The translations under genes and the position numbers were made by a program. Positions 1 through 9,086 of a stretch of 46,453 bases of DNA are shown here, piece by piece. Location of the stretch: sequence record SRR20825019_1820, one strand, 5' to 3'. The first letter of the stretch is position 1. Every line of letters begins with the position of its first letter. The notes below the pieces were generated by a model. It made no database searches. It had not been told where the DNA came from and saw only the letters and a list, made by a program, of their open reading frames with translations.

Positions 1-47
1 GACTCTTAATCAGCGGGTCCAAGGTTCGAGTCCTTGTGCGCCCACCA
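1..47 (+). tRNA. tRNA-Lys (anticodon CTT), 5' part cut off by the window edge
   Basis: Anticodon loop CTCTTAA (3-9, CTT at 5-7), T-arm CAAGG-TTCGAGT-CCTTG, acceptor 3' strand GTGCGCCC-A and encoded CCA ending at 47. Confidence 0.95.
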
Positions 48-115
48 CTCTCCGCCTTGAAATCAATAGCTTGCTGGAGCGTTGCCACGGAAGTAGCGAT
101 GCTCACCCGTGCAGC

Positions 116-592
116 TTACATGCTTCGAACTCTCTCGAAATCCAGAAACGCGATAAGCTTGTCGACGATTATGCGGTCATCCGACAGGGGGAAAATCGCG
201 CGCTCAATCGTGTGGTGATAGTTGTTGAGTTTCCGGAATTCGTGGTCTGAAAAAACCGGGCGTTTTTCCAGAACGGGCAGGCGGTATTCTGTCAGGACTT
301 TCTTCCTGACATCGCCAAAATCGATCTCGTCCATATACATCCCGGTATAGTCACTACCGTACATTTCGACAATTTTGGTGCCCACAAGACGAATTCGCAG
401 CCTTGCACCACCATCCTCGACATCGACCAGGATGATGGATGAGAGAAGCCGGGGCATTTCCACCGGGTCGAAATCTTCCCGCCGTGGCATAAGATGCGTG
501 CCGCGTTTACCATCCCAGAGCGCGAATGCCTTGCGGAGAAGCGGCGACTTCACGCGTGCGAACGGTTTTTCATTGATATTCAATTGCGGCAT
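116..592 (-). CDS. Stand-alone PAS domain protein (PAS_5-like)
   Basis: Motifs W..KRG..LMPRREDFDPVEMPRLL, RLRIRLVGTKIVEMYGSDYTG and ERAIFPL match the Rhodospirillales single-domain PAS_5 pattern. Confidence 0.8.
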   Translation of the reverse strand: MPQLNINEKPFARVKSPLLRKAFALWDGKRGTHLMPRREDFDPVEMPRLLSSIILVDVEDGGARLRIRLVGTKIVEMYGSDYTGMYMDEIDFGDVRKKVLTEYRLPVLEKRPVFSDHEFRKLNNYHHTIERAIFPLSDDRIIVDKLIAFLDFERVRSM

Positions 593-805
593 CGCATTCG
601 TTTTGGAGCGTGATTTTCCTGTCTGTTCTTCAACATACCAATCATGGCACGTAAATGTGAGCGCTGATTGGGCTATCGGGGATCATTCCTGCGATCAGGA
701 CGGAATGGGATGCCAGGGGCACCGGAGCCCCTGAGCCCGGGGGCTTGAGGCGCATGATGCTCGGCTATCCAGATACCCCGGATAACCGGGCAACCGCCGT
801 CCTGT

Positions 806-1306
806 TCAGCTGTACGCACCGGCGGAGTAGGTAAGTTCGTAGGAGTGAGAATAGAGCTCGAAAACAATACCGAACGGATCTTCGACATAGACCATCCGGT
901 AGGGTTTCTCGCCCGGGAAATACTCGCGCACAGGCATGCGCTGCTTTCCGCCCGCAGCCACGATCCTGGCGGCAAGCGCCTCGATGTCCGGATCCTGGAT
1001 GGCGAAATGGAACATGCCGGTCCGGCGGAACGGCAGGTTGTCTTCGGGGGCATGGTTGCCTTCGAACTCAAACAGCTCGAAGCCGATCCGGTCGGCGGTG
1101 GCAAGATGCGCGATGCGGAACTCGCCCCAGCCTTCGCCGAAAACATCGTTACACATCACACCGATATCGGTGCCGTCATCCGTAATCAGGGTCGGCGGCA
1201 TGATGACGTAGAAGCCGAGTACGTCGCGGTAGAATTCCACGGCCCTGTCCAGGTTAGGGACGGACAGGCCTATATGGGAGAAGGTGCGGGGCGTGGTCTG
1301 GGTCAT
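806..1306 (-). CDS. VOC/glyoxalase protein (lactoylglutathione lyase family, glyox_marine type)
   Basis: PRTFSHIGLSVP, FELFEF, GMFHFAIQDPD, EDPFGIVFELYSHSYELTYSAGAY; GGAGG RBS upstream. Confidence 0.9.
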   Translation of the reverse strand: MTQTTPRTFSHIGLSVPNLDRAVEFYRDVLGFYVIMPPTLITDDGTDIGVMCNDVFGEGWGEFRIAHLATADRIGFELFEFEGNHAPEDNLPFRRTGMFHFAIQDPDIEALAARIVAAGGKQRMPVREYFPGEKPYRMVYVEDPFGIVFELYSHSYELTYSAGAYS

Positions 1307-1386
1307 GAAAACCTCCTGAAACTGCGTTCAGGTGAGATTTAGGATTTCTGGTATATATTTTGAAATTATCGTTTGAATGAAAATAG

Positions 1387-1401
1387 ATTACGTTTTGTAA
1401 T
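1387..1401. promoter_or_regulatory. Candidate LysR recognition site (T-N11-A dyad)
   Basis: ATTAC-GTTTT-GTAAT dyad containing T-N11-A, in the AT-rich divergent gap just before the LysR start. Confidence 0.55.
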
Positions 1402-1406
1402 GATGT

Positions 1407-2291
1407 ATGTTGAATGCACGATGGCTCGAGACATTCGTCACCCTTTGCGAGACGGGGCACTTCACGCGCGCCGCCGAGCTGCTGCACATGACCCAGCCGG
1501 GCGTCTCGCAGCATCTGAAAAAGCTTGAGGCACAAGTCGGCCAACCGCTGATTTCCCGTGACGGCAAAAGCTTCACGCCAACTCCCGCAGGCGAGGCGGT
1601 ACTGGCTCTCGGGCGCGAACGCCGCGCCGGAGAGCGCGCCCTGCGTGAGGCGCTGGCCGCGGACGATCCGGATGTGGGCAAGGTTACGCTGGCCTGCTCC
1701 GGCAGTCTCGCCATGCTGGTCTATCCGCATTTTCTTGGCTTGATGGAGTGCGCGCCCAGGCTGGTGATCTGCCTGGAAGCAACGCCGCAGGCGCGGATCG
1801 TGGATGGCGTTTTGTCAGGCGATTTCGATATCGGCATTGTCGGTCACGCACCGGCTCACGCGCGATTGTCCAGTGAAAGACTTGGGGCCGATGAATTGAG
1901 CCTGGTACTGCCGGCGGGCGTGGGGCGCAGGGTCGATTTCGATGATCTGCAAACGCGCGGCTTCATCGCCCACCCGGACGGCTTCGGGTATGCGGAAGAG
2001 TTGTTTTCGGCAAATTTTCCGGAAGTGTTCCACGGGTCGGAGCAATTACGCCTGCGGAGTTTCATAAACCAGATTGGCCAGATACCGGAGCCTGTCGCGC
2101 GGGGGGTGGGGTACACGATCCTGCCGCGCAGCGGGATTGATGCTTATCCCGGGCGGGCTCTTCTGACGTGTGCCGAGTTGCAGCACCCGGTGCGTCATGA
2201 GCTTTGGCTGATCCAGCGCCGCGGCAAAGTGCTCGCGGCCAGAACGCGGCGTGTACGGGATTTGCTGGGTGAGCTTTTGCTGCCTCTTTAG
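1407..2291 (+). CDS. LysR family transcriptional regulator
   Basis: N-terminal HTH FTRAAELLHMTQPGVSQHLKKLE, 294 aa, divergent from the glyoxalase gene. Confidence 0.95.
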   Translation: MLNARWLETFVTLCETGHFTRAAELLHMTQPGVSQHLKKLEAQVGQPLISRDGKSFTPTPAGEAVLALGRERRAGERALREALAADDPDVGKVTLACSGSLAMLVYPHFLGLMECAPRLVICLEATPQARIVDGVLSGDFDIGIVGHAPAHARLSSERLGADELSLVLPAGVGRRVDFDDLQTRGFIAHPDGFGYAEELFSANFPEVFHGSEQLRLRSFINQIGQIPEPVARGVGYTILPRSGIDAYPGRALLTCAELQHPVRHELWLIQRRGKVLAARTRRVRDLLGELLLPL

Positions 2292-2313
2292 GAGGGGCTT
2301 TATTGCCCGGACT

Positions 2314-2838
2314 TCATGACACCGGCCCGCAGCCCTGGAGCTGTGCCGTGGCCCTCCCGTCCGGCAGAAAGACCGCAGTCGCCGGATCTTGTCCTACAGT
2401 CGTGATGACAATCATTGCGCCGGCAATCTCCGATGAGTCGATGACTGTCTGCCCGTACAGGCCCTCGGGTAACGTGTCGTCGACATCCACGGTGAAGATA
2501 ACGCGCCCGCGCCCTTCAAGCCTGTCAAACAGGATAGATGCGACACGGTCGCCGTCCGTGACGGGGGCGAAGCTCCGGACTGCATCCCGGCCCTCGGCAA
2601 TCCCGAATGGTTCGTAGACACTCGCGCCCGCGCCGCCTTCGGAAATATCGAACAACAGACCGCCTGCCGAGCTGCGGAGGTCGATCTGCATGCCGAAATC
2701 GTAATATTCGCAATCGTTCAGGTTCTCGACGATGAACAGATCGGAGGGGGAAGCCTCTATGAATGTCACGGCTAGATCCGCCAGTGCCGCCGAGGGCAAC
2801 AGGGACAGGAGAGCGGTGAGGAATGTGCGGCCGGTCAT
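2314..2838 (-). CDS. Secreted conserved hypothetical protein (resembles proteins annotated aggregation factor core)
   Basis: Signal peptide ending AALA; DLAVTFIEASPSDLF, AGGLLFD, FTVDVDDTL; two Cys. Family recalled from memory. Confidence 0.6.
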   Translation of the reverse strand: MTGRTFLTALLSLLPSAALADLAVTFIEASPSDLFIVENLNDCEYYDFGMQIDLRSSAGGLLFDISEGGAGASVYEPFGIAEGRDAVRSFAPVTDGDRVASILFDRLEGRGRVIFTVDVDDTLPEGLYGQTVIDSSEIAGAMIVITTVGQDPATAVFLPDGRATAQLQGCGPVS

Positions 2839-2959
2839 ATGAAGGATATAGGGCTGCGTGAGAGGGGGGACAGCCCCGATGACCTTTTAGTGAATATACA
2901 GAAATTTCTGCTGTTGTAGCCTACATGCAGACAAGCATGTCTGTAGTGGGAGATCCAAT

Positions 2960-3433
2960 ATGCAAAAAATCAAAAAAATACTCACGTCCTTCGGTTTTGC
3001 TGCCGCTCTTCTGACGGCGGCGCCGGCATTTGCGGACGGTCATCTGGAAAAAGCCATCGCTGCCCGCCAGGCGGTGATGTCTCTTTATTCCTTCAATCTT
3101 GGCCAGCTCGGGGCGATGGCGAAAGGGGACGTGGCATATGACGCTGCGGCGGCCAGCGCGGCTGCGGACAATCTCGCAGCGCTAGCCGCGCTGGATCAGG
3201 GCGCAATGTGGCCGCAAGGCTCGGACGCGACCGCGATGCCGGGTAAGACCCGTGCCAAGGCGGAGATCTGGTCGACCTATCCGGAGGTCTCGGAAAAGAG
3301 CAAGGCGCTCGCCGATGCATCCGCGGCGCTGGCCATGGTTGCCGGTGACGGCCTGCCTGCATTGCAGGGCGGGATCGGTGATGTCGGCAAGACTTGCGGC
3401 GGTTGTCACAAACCTTTCCGGGCTCCCAAATAA
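2960..3433 (+). CDS. Class II cytochrome c (c'/c554/c556 type, CycF-like)
   Basis: Signal peptide, ARQAVM helix, AKAEIW, C-terminal CGGCH heme motif. Confidence 0.92.
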   Translation: MQKIKKILTSFGFAAALLTAAPAFADGHLEKAIAARQAVMSLYSFNLGQLGAMAKGDVAYDAAAASAAADNLAALAALDQGAMWPQGSDATAMPGKTRAKAEIWSTYPEVSEKSKALADASAALAMVAGDGLPALQGGIGDVGKTCGGCHKPFRAPK

Positions 3434-3449
3434 TCCAGATCCGGTTTTG

Positions 3450-3477
3450 CCGGAGCCCGGTTTCGGCCGGGCTCCGG
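3450..3477 (+). other. Intercistronic GC-rich hairpin
   Basis: CCGGAGCCCGG-TTTCGG-CCGGGCTCCGG, a perfect 11-bp stem with no U-tract, between the two cytochrome genes. Confidence 0.7.
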
Positions 3478-3499
3478 AGGACGTACGGGAGAATATCTG

Positions 3500-4414
3500 A
3501 TGACAGGTGGGCTGCGCCGGGCTTTGCTCTGGATGATGGCTGTTGCCGTGGTGGGCGCGGCGGCCGGGTGGTTTCTGACGGAGCCCGGGACGGAACCGGA
3601 AGGGGCTTTGCCGAACGTGGCCGGGGATGCCGAACGCGGCCGGGCAATATTCACGATCGGCGGCTGTGTTTCCTGTCACGCCGCTCCTGATGCCAAGGGG
3701 GAGCAGAAACTGGTTCTCACGGGCGGCCGCTCTTTCGTTACCGAATTCGGGACCTTCTATGCCCCGAATATTTCTCCTGACCCGGAAGCAGGGATTGGAA
3801 CGTGGCGGGCTTTGGATTTCGTCAATGCCATGAAGCACGGTGTGTCGCCGGAGGGGAGGCACTATTACCCGGCATTTCCCTATACATCATACGCCCGGAT
3901 AAAAATCGAGGATCTGCTCGACCTCTGGGCTTATATGAAATCACTGCCCGTGAGCGCGGAGGCGAACACGCCGCATGCGGTCGGTTTTCCGTTTTCAATC
4001 CGGCGCGGTCTCGGACTCTGGAAACGGCTCTATCTCGATCCTGCTCCGGTGATGCAGGTCGGCGCGGATCTGGAACGCGGGCGTTATCTGGTTGAAGGGC
4101 CGGGCCATTGCGGGGAATGCCATACGCCTCGTTCTGCGATCGGCGGGCCCGATCTTTCTCGCTGGCTTGCAGGTGCCCCCAATCCGGACGGGGAGGGCAC
4201 CATTCCGAACCTGACACCGGCGGGAGAGGATATTGCTTCCTGGTCGGAAGGTGACATCGCGGAATATCTGAAATCCGGTTTCACGCCCGATTTCGATACG
4301 GCCGGCGGCTCCATGGCGGATGTGGTGGAGAATACCGGTCTGTTGAGCGACGAGGATCGCCTCGCCATTGCCCGCTATCTCAAGGCCATTCCGCCGGTTG
4401 GCGCGGCGGAATAA
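3500..4414 (+). CDS. Membrane-anchored diheme cytochrome c (CycG-like)
   Basis: N-terminal hydrophobic anchor, CVSCH and CGECH motifs, FGTFYAPNISPD, YYPAFPYTSY. Confidence 0.92.
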   Translation: MTGGLRRALLWMMAVAVVGAAAGWFLTEPGTEPEGALPNVAGDAERGRAIFTIGGCVSCHAAPDAKGEQKLVLTGGRSFVTEFGTFYAPNISPDPEAGIGTWRALDFVNAMKHGVSPEGRHYYPAFPYTSYARIKIEDLLDLWAYMKSLPVSAEANTPHAVGFPFSIRRGLGLWKRLYLDPAPVMQVGADLERGRYLVEGPGHCGECHTPRSAIGGPDLSRWLAGAPNPDGEGTIPNLTPAGEDIASWSEGDIAEYLKSGFTPDFDTAGGSMADVVENTGLLSDEDRLAIARYLKAIPPVGAAE

Positions 4415-4439
4415 CAGGCCTTGAGAGGGTGCTGTTCGG

Positions 4440-6491
4440 TCAGGCGGCGAGTGAGCCGCTGTCCCAGGCGCGGATCGTGTTCCGGATGGTTCCATCGAGC
4501 TCGATGAACTCGGCACCGAAGCCCTTGACGCGTTTGCGTTGCCGGACAACCCGGGCCTGAACCATACCAAGGCCGGTCAGGTCGACATCAACGATGGAGC
4601 CTTCCGAGACATCCATATCGGTTCCGATTTCGAGGCCGGTTTCCGAGATATTGTGGATGATGCAGTCATACCAGTCATCGCCGAGGCGGAATTTAGAGGC
4701 TTCCATCATCGTCTTGCGTTCCGCTTCCCGCCGATTACCCGCCGCGGATGCACGGACAATGGTGGTCAGTCTGCTCTGCAACTCATGCATCTTGTTCGTG
4801 ATGACAGTCGCGGAAGTGCTTATCTCCTGGGATATGACGCCGTTTTCTTCTGCGGACGTGGCGACCCCAGTAATCTTACCGGAGACCTCCTGGGTGCCCA
4901 TGGCCGCTTCCTGGACGTTCTGTGTGATTTCATTGGTCGTGTCGCTCTGCTGCTCGATGGCGACCGTGATCTGCTCCGATATCTCGTTGATCCGCAACAC
5001 GGTCTCGCCGATGCCGCGCATGGCCTGAACGGCGTCCCGGGCAATGCTCTGAATGCTCTGGACCTGCTCTGAAATGTCTTCCGTCGCGCTGCCTGTCTGG
5101 TTGGCGAGGGATTTCACTTCCGAGGCAACAACCGCGAACCCTTTTCCGGCTTCGCCGGCGCGTGCCGCCTCGATGGTCGCATTGAGAGCCAGAAGATTGG
5201 TTTGCTCCGCGATATCCGTGATCATGCTGACAACCGCGCCAATTTTCTCGGCGGCACTCGCAAGACCTTCGACCGTTGCATTGGTTTTCTCGATCTCGCT
5301 CGTCGCATTCCTGGCAATATTGGTCGATGAACCCACCTGCCGGCTGATTTCCTGAATTGATTGCGACATCTCCTGAGACGCCGCTGCCACGGTATTGACG
5401 TTGACGGTGGCTTCTTCCGAGGCGGCGGCTACAGCGATGCTTTCCTGCCGCACATGCTCCGCCGAGCGGTTCATGTTCTCCGACCGTTGGCGCATTTGAT
5501 CCATTTCCTCGGCGATGGAGGCAACGGCTGTTTTCAGCTCTTCTTCCAGTTTGTTGCTGAGCATGAGCATTTCTTCCTGCAGGCGGCGTTGTTGCTCTTC
5601 CTGTTCCCGCTGCCGGGATTCGGTCATCTGCTCGAGTTCGATACTGGCTTCCTTGAATACGGAAACGGCCTCGGCCATGCTCCCGATCTCGTCTCTGCGA
5701 CCTCGCGCAGGCACATCCACGCTGTAGTCTCCGATGGAAAGCCGGGCCATGGCGGATGTCAGATTCACAATAGGCCGCGCCACTGCGCTGCCTATCAGCG
5801 TGCCGCTCAAAAGTCCGCCAAGCAGACCGAGGCAGGCAAGAATGACGATGATATGGAAGCTCTGTTGCTCGTGTTCCTCCGCGGCATAGAGCGAGCTCTG
5901 CGTGAATTCCCCAATTCTGGTCAGGACCTCTGCCATTTTCTGATCAAGGGAGATCTCCAGGGCTTCTGCCTTTTCGGCAAAGCTGGTCGCGGCCTCAATA
6001 TCGCCCGCTCTCTGGGCCTTGAATGCAGATTTGGCCAGTACTTCATAATCAGTATGCAGAAGTTTGGCTTCCTGGATGTTTTCTGAAACGGCGCTGAATT
6101 CCCTGACCGTTTCGGCCGAGCCGTTAGACGAACTTACCTCGATTGCATGCTGCAATCTGTTCTCAAGCTCCAGAAACAGCGCGTCTGCGGCCTTGCTTTG
6201 TTCCTCGAATTTCTCGATTTCCTTGGCGACGGCGGCGTCAAGATCGACATCTTTTTTCTGAATGCCGGAGAATCGCATAGCCTTTTCGAAATGAATGGCC
6301 TGCTCAAGCTGCAAGACAGTCACTTCGGTCAATCTCCGGGTGATCGGCATGTCTTCTTCCGCGATCTCCTTAAGCTCAATGCCGATCAGATTCATGGAGA
6401 AGACGGCATAGATCAGCGCAACAATAGGCAGAGGGAGAGTGATAAGGCATACGCCAATGATTTTTTTGCGGATCGATAAACTGGAAAACAT
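4440..6491 (-). CDS. Methyl-accepting chemotaxis protein with C-terminal PilZ domain
   Basis: Two TM segments, HAMP ([16 protein letters not shown]), signalling hairpin [37 protein letters not shown], then RREAER and NISETG PilZ motifs. Confidence 0.92.
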   Translation of the reverse strand: MFSSLSIRKKIIGVCLITLPLPIVALIYAVFSMNLIGIELKEIAEEDMPITRRLTEVTVLQLEQAIHFEKAMRFSGIQKKDVDLDAAVAKEIEKFEEQSKAADALFLELENRLQHAIEVSSSNGSAETVREFSAVSENIQEAKLLHTDYEVLAKSAFKAQRAGDIEAATSFAEKAEALEISLDQKMAEVLTRIGEFTQSSLYAAEEHEQQSFHIIVILACLGLLGGLLSGTLIGSAVARPIVNLTSAMARLSIGDYSVDVPARGRRDEIGSMAEAVSVFKEASIELEQMTESRQREQEEQQRRLQEEMLMLSNKLEEELKTAVASIAEEMDQMRQRSENMNRSAEHVRQESIAVAAASEEATVNVNTVAAASQEMSQSIQEISRQVGSSTNIARNATSEIEKTNATVEGLASAAEKIGAVVSMITDIAEQTNLLALNATIEAARAGEAGKGFAVVASEVKSLANQTGSATEDISEQVQSIQSIARDAVQAMRGIGETVLRINEISEQITVAIEQQSDTTNEITQNVQEAAMGTQEVSGKITGVATSAEENGVISQEISTSATVITNKMHELQSRLTTIVRASAAGNRREAERKTMMEASKFRLGDDWYDCIIHNISETGLEIGTDMDVSEGSIVDVDLTGLGMVQARVVRQRKRVKGFGAEFIELDGTIRNTIRAWDSGSLAA

Positions 6492-6687
6492 ATAAAGCAG
6501 CCCCTTGTGTGATCACCCAATGGGTTGTTGCGTTAAAAACTGTACAGCCAAAGCGTGCTTGTGCCTTCATCTGTTTTATGAAATTCCCACATTTTTCATG
6601 CAGTTTTTAGGGAAAATTCAATATTTCAGTGTGCTGTTGTCATCTGACAGTATGGGATTCACTATCTTGAGTTTATAAAGGAAAAAA

Positions 6688-6718
6688 TTAATAACCCATT
6701 AATGTAAATGCTTGTTAA
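6688..6718. promoter_or_regulatory. Candidate CtrA boxes upstream of the chemoreceptor
   Basis: TTAA-TAACCCA-TTAA (6688-6702, perfect N7) followed by GTAA-ATGCTTG-TTAA (6704-6718). Confidence 0.55.
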
Positions 6719-7020
6719 GGCTTATCCGACGTATTTTGATATGCGGAATTCAAACTTTCCCTCCCCCTGCGATCAAGCTGATTTGTGCATCACGTCGATT
6801 TTGATTTGGGAAAACCTTCTTGCTTCCCGACACCGGTTTGGGTGCAGTAAGGTGGGGTTTCATTTCAGGCTGCAACTTGCGCGGCCGTAAGGTCGCTATG
6901 CGGCCTTTTTCCGGACTATTCAGATACGCCCAACACCAACACGTTCAGTCAGTGCGGCCGCACCATGGCTCCCTCTACAGCCCAGTCGCCGTGGCAGGAC
7001 ATTGAAAGGAACAGGTAGAA

Positions 7021-8196
7021 ATGCCGATCAAGAACCGTATCGCCGAATTCGAAGGCGAGATGCGCGAGTGGCGCCACGATTTCCACATGCATCCGGAGCT
7101 TTGCTACGAGGAAACCCGGACGGCGGGGATCGTTGCCGAGAAGCTGCGCTCCTGGGGCATCGAAACCCATGAAGGCGTCGGCAGGACCGGCGTGGTCGGT
7201 GTGATCAAGGGCAATGGTTCAGGAACGGGCGCCATCGGCATCCGGGCGGATATGGACGCCTTGCCAATGCAGGAAGTCTCGAACCCGGAATACAAGTCGA
7301 CCGTTCCCGGCAAGATGCATGCTTGCGGTCATGACGGTCATACCTCCACGCTGCTTGGCGCGGCGAAATATCTGGCTGAAACCCGGAACTTCGACGGCAC
7401 CGTGAATCTGTATTTCCAGCCTGCGGAAGAAGGCGGCGCCGGCGCCAGAACGATGATCGAGGACGGCCTGTTCGAGCGTTTCCCGTGCGACGCGGTCTAT
7501 GGTCTGCACAACATGCCGCAACTTCCGAAAAACACGTTCGGCATCCGCAAGGGGCCGCTGATGGCTGGCGCCGATAGTGTCACCATCACCATCAAGGCTC
7601 GTGGCGGTCACGCCGCGATGCCGCACATGGCGATCGATCCGATTGCCATCGGCACGCAGATCTATCAGGCGGCGCAAACCTTCGTCTCCCGTTCGATCAA
7701 CCCGTTCGATACCGCCGTGGTCAGCATTACCCAGTTCCATGCCGGAACCGCGAACAACGTCATTCCGGGCGAAGCCGTCCTGAACGCCTCGGTCCGCACC
7801 ATGACCAAAGAGGTGCAGGCGTTGATCAAGGAGAAGTTCCAGAAGCTTTGCGAAGGTCTGGCGCTGGCCAACGGGATCGAAATCGAATGCGTGTATCGCG
7901 AAGGCTATCCGGTGACGTCGAACCATGACGAACAGGTCGAGCGGATCATCTCCGCCGCGGCCAGCGTCGTTGGCATGGAAGCGGTCGATCCGGAAACCGA
8001 AGCCCTGATGGGGAGCGAGGATTTCTCCTTCATGCTGGAAGAGCGCCCAGGCGCCTATATCTTCCTTGGTGGCGGCGATGAGACTCACACTCACTCAGTG
8101 CATCACCCGGAATACGATTTCAACGACGAGACCCTGACCACAGGCGCGAGCCTTTGGGCGGCCCTGGTCGAAGCGGAACTGCCGCGCGCCGGTTGA
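7021..8196 (+). CDS. M20 family amidohydrolase (hippurate hydrolase/aminoacylase-like)
   Basis: IRADMDALP, MHACGHDGH, FQPAEEG, GGHAAMPH, MGSEDFS, HHPEYDFND. Confidence 0.95.
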   Translation: MPIKNRIAEFEGEMREWRHDFHMHPELCYEETRTAGIVAEKLRSWGIETHEGVGRTGVVGVIKGNGSGTGAIGIRADMDALPMQEVSNPEYKSTVPGKMHACGHDGHTSTLLGAAKYLAETRNFDGTVNLYFQPAEEGGAGARTMIEDGLFERFPCDAVYGLHNMPQLPKNTFGIRKGPLMAGADSVTITIKARGGHAAMPHMAIDPIAIGTQIYQAAQTFVSRSINPFDTAVVSITQFHAGTANNVIPGEAVLNASVRTMTKEVQALIKEKFQKLCEGLALANGIEIECVYREGYPVTSNHDEQVERIISAAASVVGMEAVDPETEALMGSEDFSFMLEERPGAYIFLGGGDETHTHSVHHPEYDFNDETLTTGASLWAALVEAELPRAG

Positions 8197-8211
8197 GCTT
8201 ATATTTAAAGT

Positions 8212-8249
8212 GACCGTCCGGGGCTGATTAGTGAAAGCTCCGGACGGTC
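8212..8249. terminator. Hairpin between convergent genes, probable terminator
   Basis: GACCGTCCGGGGCT ... AGCTCCGGACGGTC forms a 14-bp stem with one G-U pair; no clear U-tract. Confidence 0.5.
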
Positions 8250-8294
8250 TGCCGGCAATCGTTTGCAGCCTTTATTGTGCTTCGACCCGTCCGG

Positions 8295-8933
8295 TTAACG
8301 GACTGTTCTTGAGGGGGGAAGATAGGAATTTCTGGCGCCGCCATTTTGGTAGCGCTCTGCCAGAGGCATCAGATTTTTGTAAGAACTTTCCGTCTCACCG
8401 CTGCGAAGATTGATAAGGGTGAAATGAAATCCCGGACCGGGCGCGTCTGCCGGTTGCAGATCTGTTCGGAGCGGTGACGTGGTGCTGAGGGAAAGCGTGC
8501 CGAGGAGCTGAATTTCCTGTTTGCGCATGACCGGTAAAAGCACCCGCTCGAATTCCAGGTGCTCTCGTTCCGGCAAAATAATATGTCCGCTGAAGATGCA
8601 GATGCATGGATCGAAGACGCGGAAGAAGTAGGGCGATACGTGCCCATAGATTTCTGCGGGGACAACTTCGTCGAGATGGCGGCCGATATGGTTCTGCCCG
8701 AACAGCCGATTTACCTCTTCTCCGGAAACCCGGTAAAGCAAGCGATCGCCATTCCTTTGCAATAGATAGATAAAGGGCAGAAGCTTGGGGATTTCGACAG
8801 GATCGAACAAGGGGACCTGCCCGGTTTGTTCCGGGGTGCCGAGATTGATCCAATGCTCAAGAATTTGTGCTGTTTTCTCGTACCGGACCAACTCAGCTGA
8901 AAGTCCACGAATGTTGCTTGAAAGAGACGTCAT
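8295..8933 (-). CDS. Stand-alone PAS domain protein (PAS_5-like)
   Basis: HW ... FDPVEIPKLLPFIYLL, YRVSGEEVNRLFG ... GRHLDEV, FERVLLPV. Confidence 0.75.
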   Translation of the reverse strand: MTSLSSNIRGLSAELVRYEKTAQILEHWINLGTPEQTGQVPLFDPVEIPKLLPFIYLLQRNGDRLLYRVSGEEVNRLFGQNHIGRHLDEVVPAEIYGHVSPYFFRVFDPCICIFSGHIILPEREHLEFERVLLPVMRKQEIQLLGTLSLSTTSPLRTDLQPADAPGPGFHFTLINLRSGETESSYKNLMPLAERYQNGGARNSYLPPSRTVR

Positions 8934-9086
8934 TTCTGGTTCCCGGCGATCATCGGCGAATAATATGCCGAGCGTCCTAAGATTGGGTAAAAATGGCGCG
9001 GGCCGGCTCTCTCTTGTCTGTTGCCGGACCGGGCAGGAGATGCGAGCCTCGGCACTCGATCGGGCTATGCGTTTCTGGTGGTGAAA

